NCBI GenBank assembly: GCA_002633005.1
Contig: NMRA01000082.1
Coordinates: forward strand, 410,576-474,575
DNA length: 64,000 nucleotides
Direction: 5' to 3'
Source: Phoronis australis
Taxonomy: Eukaryota > Animalia > Phoronida
Shown: one piece after another, positions 61,101 through 64,000 of the stretch
Layout: every line of letters begins with the position of its first letter
How positions within the stretch are numbered: position 1 is the stretch's first letter
Position numbers and translations under genes: made by a program
Notes under the pieces: model-generated
Told to the model about the DNA's origin: nothing
Database searches by the model: none
What the model saw: only the letters and a program-made list of their open reading frames with translations

Positions 61101-63892
61101 AAATCTTAAGCCAATCTGAGTACAGTTGCCCCCTTTTAGCCCAAAATGTTGGTTGATATGTTCTTTGACTGAAATATTTGAATCGCCACATCTTATCTGG
61201 AGTTACCGATCTAGAAGTGGACGGGCAATAACTGATAGTTCTTGGTAGAGTTAACTTTTAGTTATGCTGTACAAAGCAAAATCAGCTATACATAATAAAA
61301 CAGTGAACATTTTAATGCGGTAGGAAAAAGTCCTTAATTTTTCTTTGTCATCACCATGTTATTAAAACACAAACTTAATGTTGTTGTAATGAACACATTA
61401 TTTTGTTATTAGTCCATTATTGACTATAATCACTGTACGACTAAAGTCTATAACATGTCTTTGACTGGCGCAATAATTATGTATTACTAAAATACTCTTC
61501 AACATACTTGTCAACTTCAGGATGACACAGAGGCTCCGCAAGAGACGACAGAAGGTGAGCAACCAGCTGAGGTGGCGCCCCCTGCAGTGCAAGTAAGTTG
61601 GGTCCTAGAGTATTCTGAATGTTACAGAAGTTGTCTTAGACATATGCCTGCTTCAGTCATTGTTTTGCTGGACCTTGTTTCCATTAAAACTATGTAGATG
61701 GCATATTGATGCAGTGACGTTGTTGCCTTAACTCAATGTCTCCACCATCTTGTTTCAAAAATTGTGTGCAGTCCGCGTTTGATTGTGAGTTTGCCAATGT
61801 GTTTGCTCTGCGAAATGAAAGCTAAATGTCAGGAATGAAACCATCTAATGAAAGCTGGCTTAACACTTTGAATGCCCATTTGCTCACGATGACTTGAAAT
61901 TTAGCACCTAATTAAAAATTTACATTTTATTGCTTATATGATGATGTTGGTATTTTGCCTTGTTTGCTTTCTTTATTGGATTGATTTCATTTTTATGTGA
62001 AGTGAAGCTTTTGTTTATACATCATGGCAGTTAATTTCTTTGCTGTGTTTGCCTGGTTTTGTAATTATTCAGCTAAGGACGGGAAAGTCGCCACGGCTGA
62101 AAAAGAAGCGTCGCGTAAGCTACATCATATCGCATGCTCTTCCCATATAATTAACTCTGTATGATTTCTGGTCAACAATACATAGATATTTCAAATCCCT
62201 TTTTGTAGTCTAGGTTGTCAAGATAGCCCCACGCATTAGTGTGAGGAGTGGAGCGGCATGGTGTTCTTCAAACACATTAATCTTAATTTCAAAATACTGG
62301 AATTCAGCAGTTTTGTATTATATGTTATTTTCCATAGCAAAAGCTAATAACTAGTTTTAATTTCATATGAAAACTGGCTTAAAGACGTACTGCATTATAA
62401 ATGTACGAAACCTATTCAAAGCTTGGTTTGTTACCTAAAGTGTGCCAGACTGCCTCTTGGACTATTGTGTAAAAGGGATTTTCTTACATTGTTTTCAACA
62501 GACATGTTTTGGGAAAACTAGCAAAAATTGGGCCTTATTCTTCAATAATGATGTATATAATCCAAATACGTATAATTATATTTAATCTTGACAGTAACAG
62601 TTTTCCATTTCTATTTATTTTTAATTTTGTCATTTATTTCTGATGAGTTCTTGACTCTTTATTTTGCCCAGCATGTGTAATTGTTTTCATCATTTTGTTT
62701 CAATTGCCACCGAGTTACCCCAGGTTTCAGAAGTAGTATTATGTCCACTGCTAGACATTTAATTTTGACTCTTGCACTCTAGTTTCTATTGATTGAAACT
62801 TTTTAGTGATAAATATGCAGTGTTTTATTCTCTTTTGATTGCTTACCGGAGGTTTCAGTCTGATGAATATAAATACAGAGCTTGGGATCGTGCGCCCATT
62901 CTTACTACTAAATTTGAATTGAGTATTACACATATGTATGATGTTAGTGAAGTGTATGGGAAATCATTTTGAGTGTTGTCGCTGATGTATAACTTTTATT
63001 ACCGAGCCATATTCCTCTGATCATCACATCAAACATTATCCCTATGGATAATCCAACTTTGTGTTTTTGCAGAGTCCAGCTACGTCGCCCAAACCGGCTC
63101 ACTCTCCCTCTGGGGAGCGAGTTGTGCACAAGTTTACACCGCCGACAACGGTGTTGAAGATAAAACCACCCTGCGACATCACTCGTAAGTTTTTTTTGTT
63201 CTTACTTCTCATTTCCTAGTTCCTTTTCTGCTATAGTTCTTAAGTTTCAGTCTGTGGAATTTACCACCAGGACTGCTGCACTTGATTTTTTCAATGTATT
63301 TCTCATCAAACTTAGCTTTTCAGGAAATTTCATTATTCTTTATAATTGGTTTTATTACCATAATTTGCAGCGATGTAGTAAGCAACCAAAAACCCAATTC
63401 TAGAAATTATTTTTCTGCCAAATTGAAGAATTTTGCCATATTTATGAGGGTAACTTTTTTTCTTCTAGTATTTTCTAGACAATATCACTAAAAATACTAT
63501 TCTTAAAACGAAGAACACTCTAATTATTAAGTTTGAAATAAGTGTTCAAGCATGGCAATTTTACTCAAGTTTACATACAATTGACACTAAGACTGTGACA
63601 AANAAGTAAATAAAGCTTGAATTGAACTGAAGTTTTGAAGTAATGACTTGTCAGTGAGCTTGGTCAAGTTTTATTCTGCTTGGTCATTTGTTTTTTGACT
63701 TCTGTGAATTTCAGCCTGTCCTATTTCAAATCCTGCCTCTTCAGCCAAGCTTATCGACTCTGGCGATGTGATCGGTACTGGTGCAAACCACCAACTGACC
63801 AGTGGTCACTTGGACCAGAGGAAGGCTGTCTTTGAACATCTGAATGAGCCACTCATGAAACTGCTGCCGAAGGAGGGGAAAACCAATATAGT
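58125..63892 (+). CDS. WDR93: WD repeat-containing protein 93, 5' part (continues beyond window)
   Basis: Exons 58125-58376, 59371-59572, 59875-60015, 60783-60913, 61521-61592, (62073-62114), 63073-63184 and 63715-~63892, with GT-AG junctions in phase. N-terminal DDYVQDPEQIRDQLPQPYRMIDKV...WDLI matches the WDR93 signature LPQPYRMI. The head-to-head position next to PEX11 matches human. Confidence 0.85.
58401..58675. other. Assembly gap (275 N) in WDR93 intron 1
   Basis: Run of N. Confidence 0.99.
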
Positions 63893-64000
63893 GTAACTGA
63901 CATGATTGGTTTACTTATTTAATGTGACTGTATATACTTTTTAAAGGCAGTGAACACAGATATATGACATTGAAAAGTTATGCTCAAACCGCATTTGGGA

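Noticed and set aside
1-64000. CRISPR arrays, rRNA, intact tRNA, transposase or reverse-transcriptase ORFs
   Set aside because: None seen; the sequence is eukaryotic and the repeats are non-autonomous inverted-repeat relics.

Overview
Eukaryotic (animal, probably marine invertebrate) genomic DNA with GT-AG introns and scaffold gaps. By manual exon reconstruction I find six protein-coding genes. (1) An intronless ELOVL6/ELOVL3-type fatty-acid elongase (-). (2) An 8-exon betaine-homocysteine methyltransferase BHMT (-), head-to-head with (3) a 16-exon mitochondrial dimethylglycine dehydrogenase DMGDH (+); these are two consecutive steps of betaine catabolism. (4) A ~1900-aa protein I cannot assign (-), encoded mostly by one 5.6-kb exon, with a large internal duplication, AKAP-like amphipathic helices and a ~15-aa repeat tract. 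(5) A 3-exon PEX11A/B-type gene (-), head-to-head with (6) WDR93 (+, runs off the window). Both head-to-head pairs are also head-to-head in human, so they look like ancient microsyntenies flanking a putatively lineage-specific gene. Non-coding DNA holds many non-autonomous DNA-transposon relics. These include a nested structure in PEX11 intron 1 (inverted pair of ~510-bp repeats, a 2.5-kb TTAA-flanked insertion with a visible empty site, and a 49-bp hairpin with a 9-bp TSD), a perfect 44-bp palindrome, a hammerhead-like relic, and a DR1 nuclear-receptor element just upstream of PEX11. No database searches were possible; all homology calls are from recognised motifs and recalled sequences.
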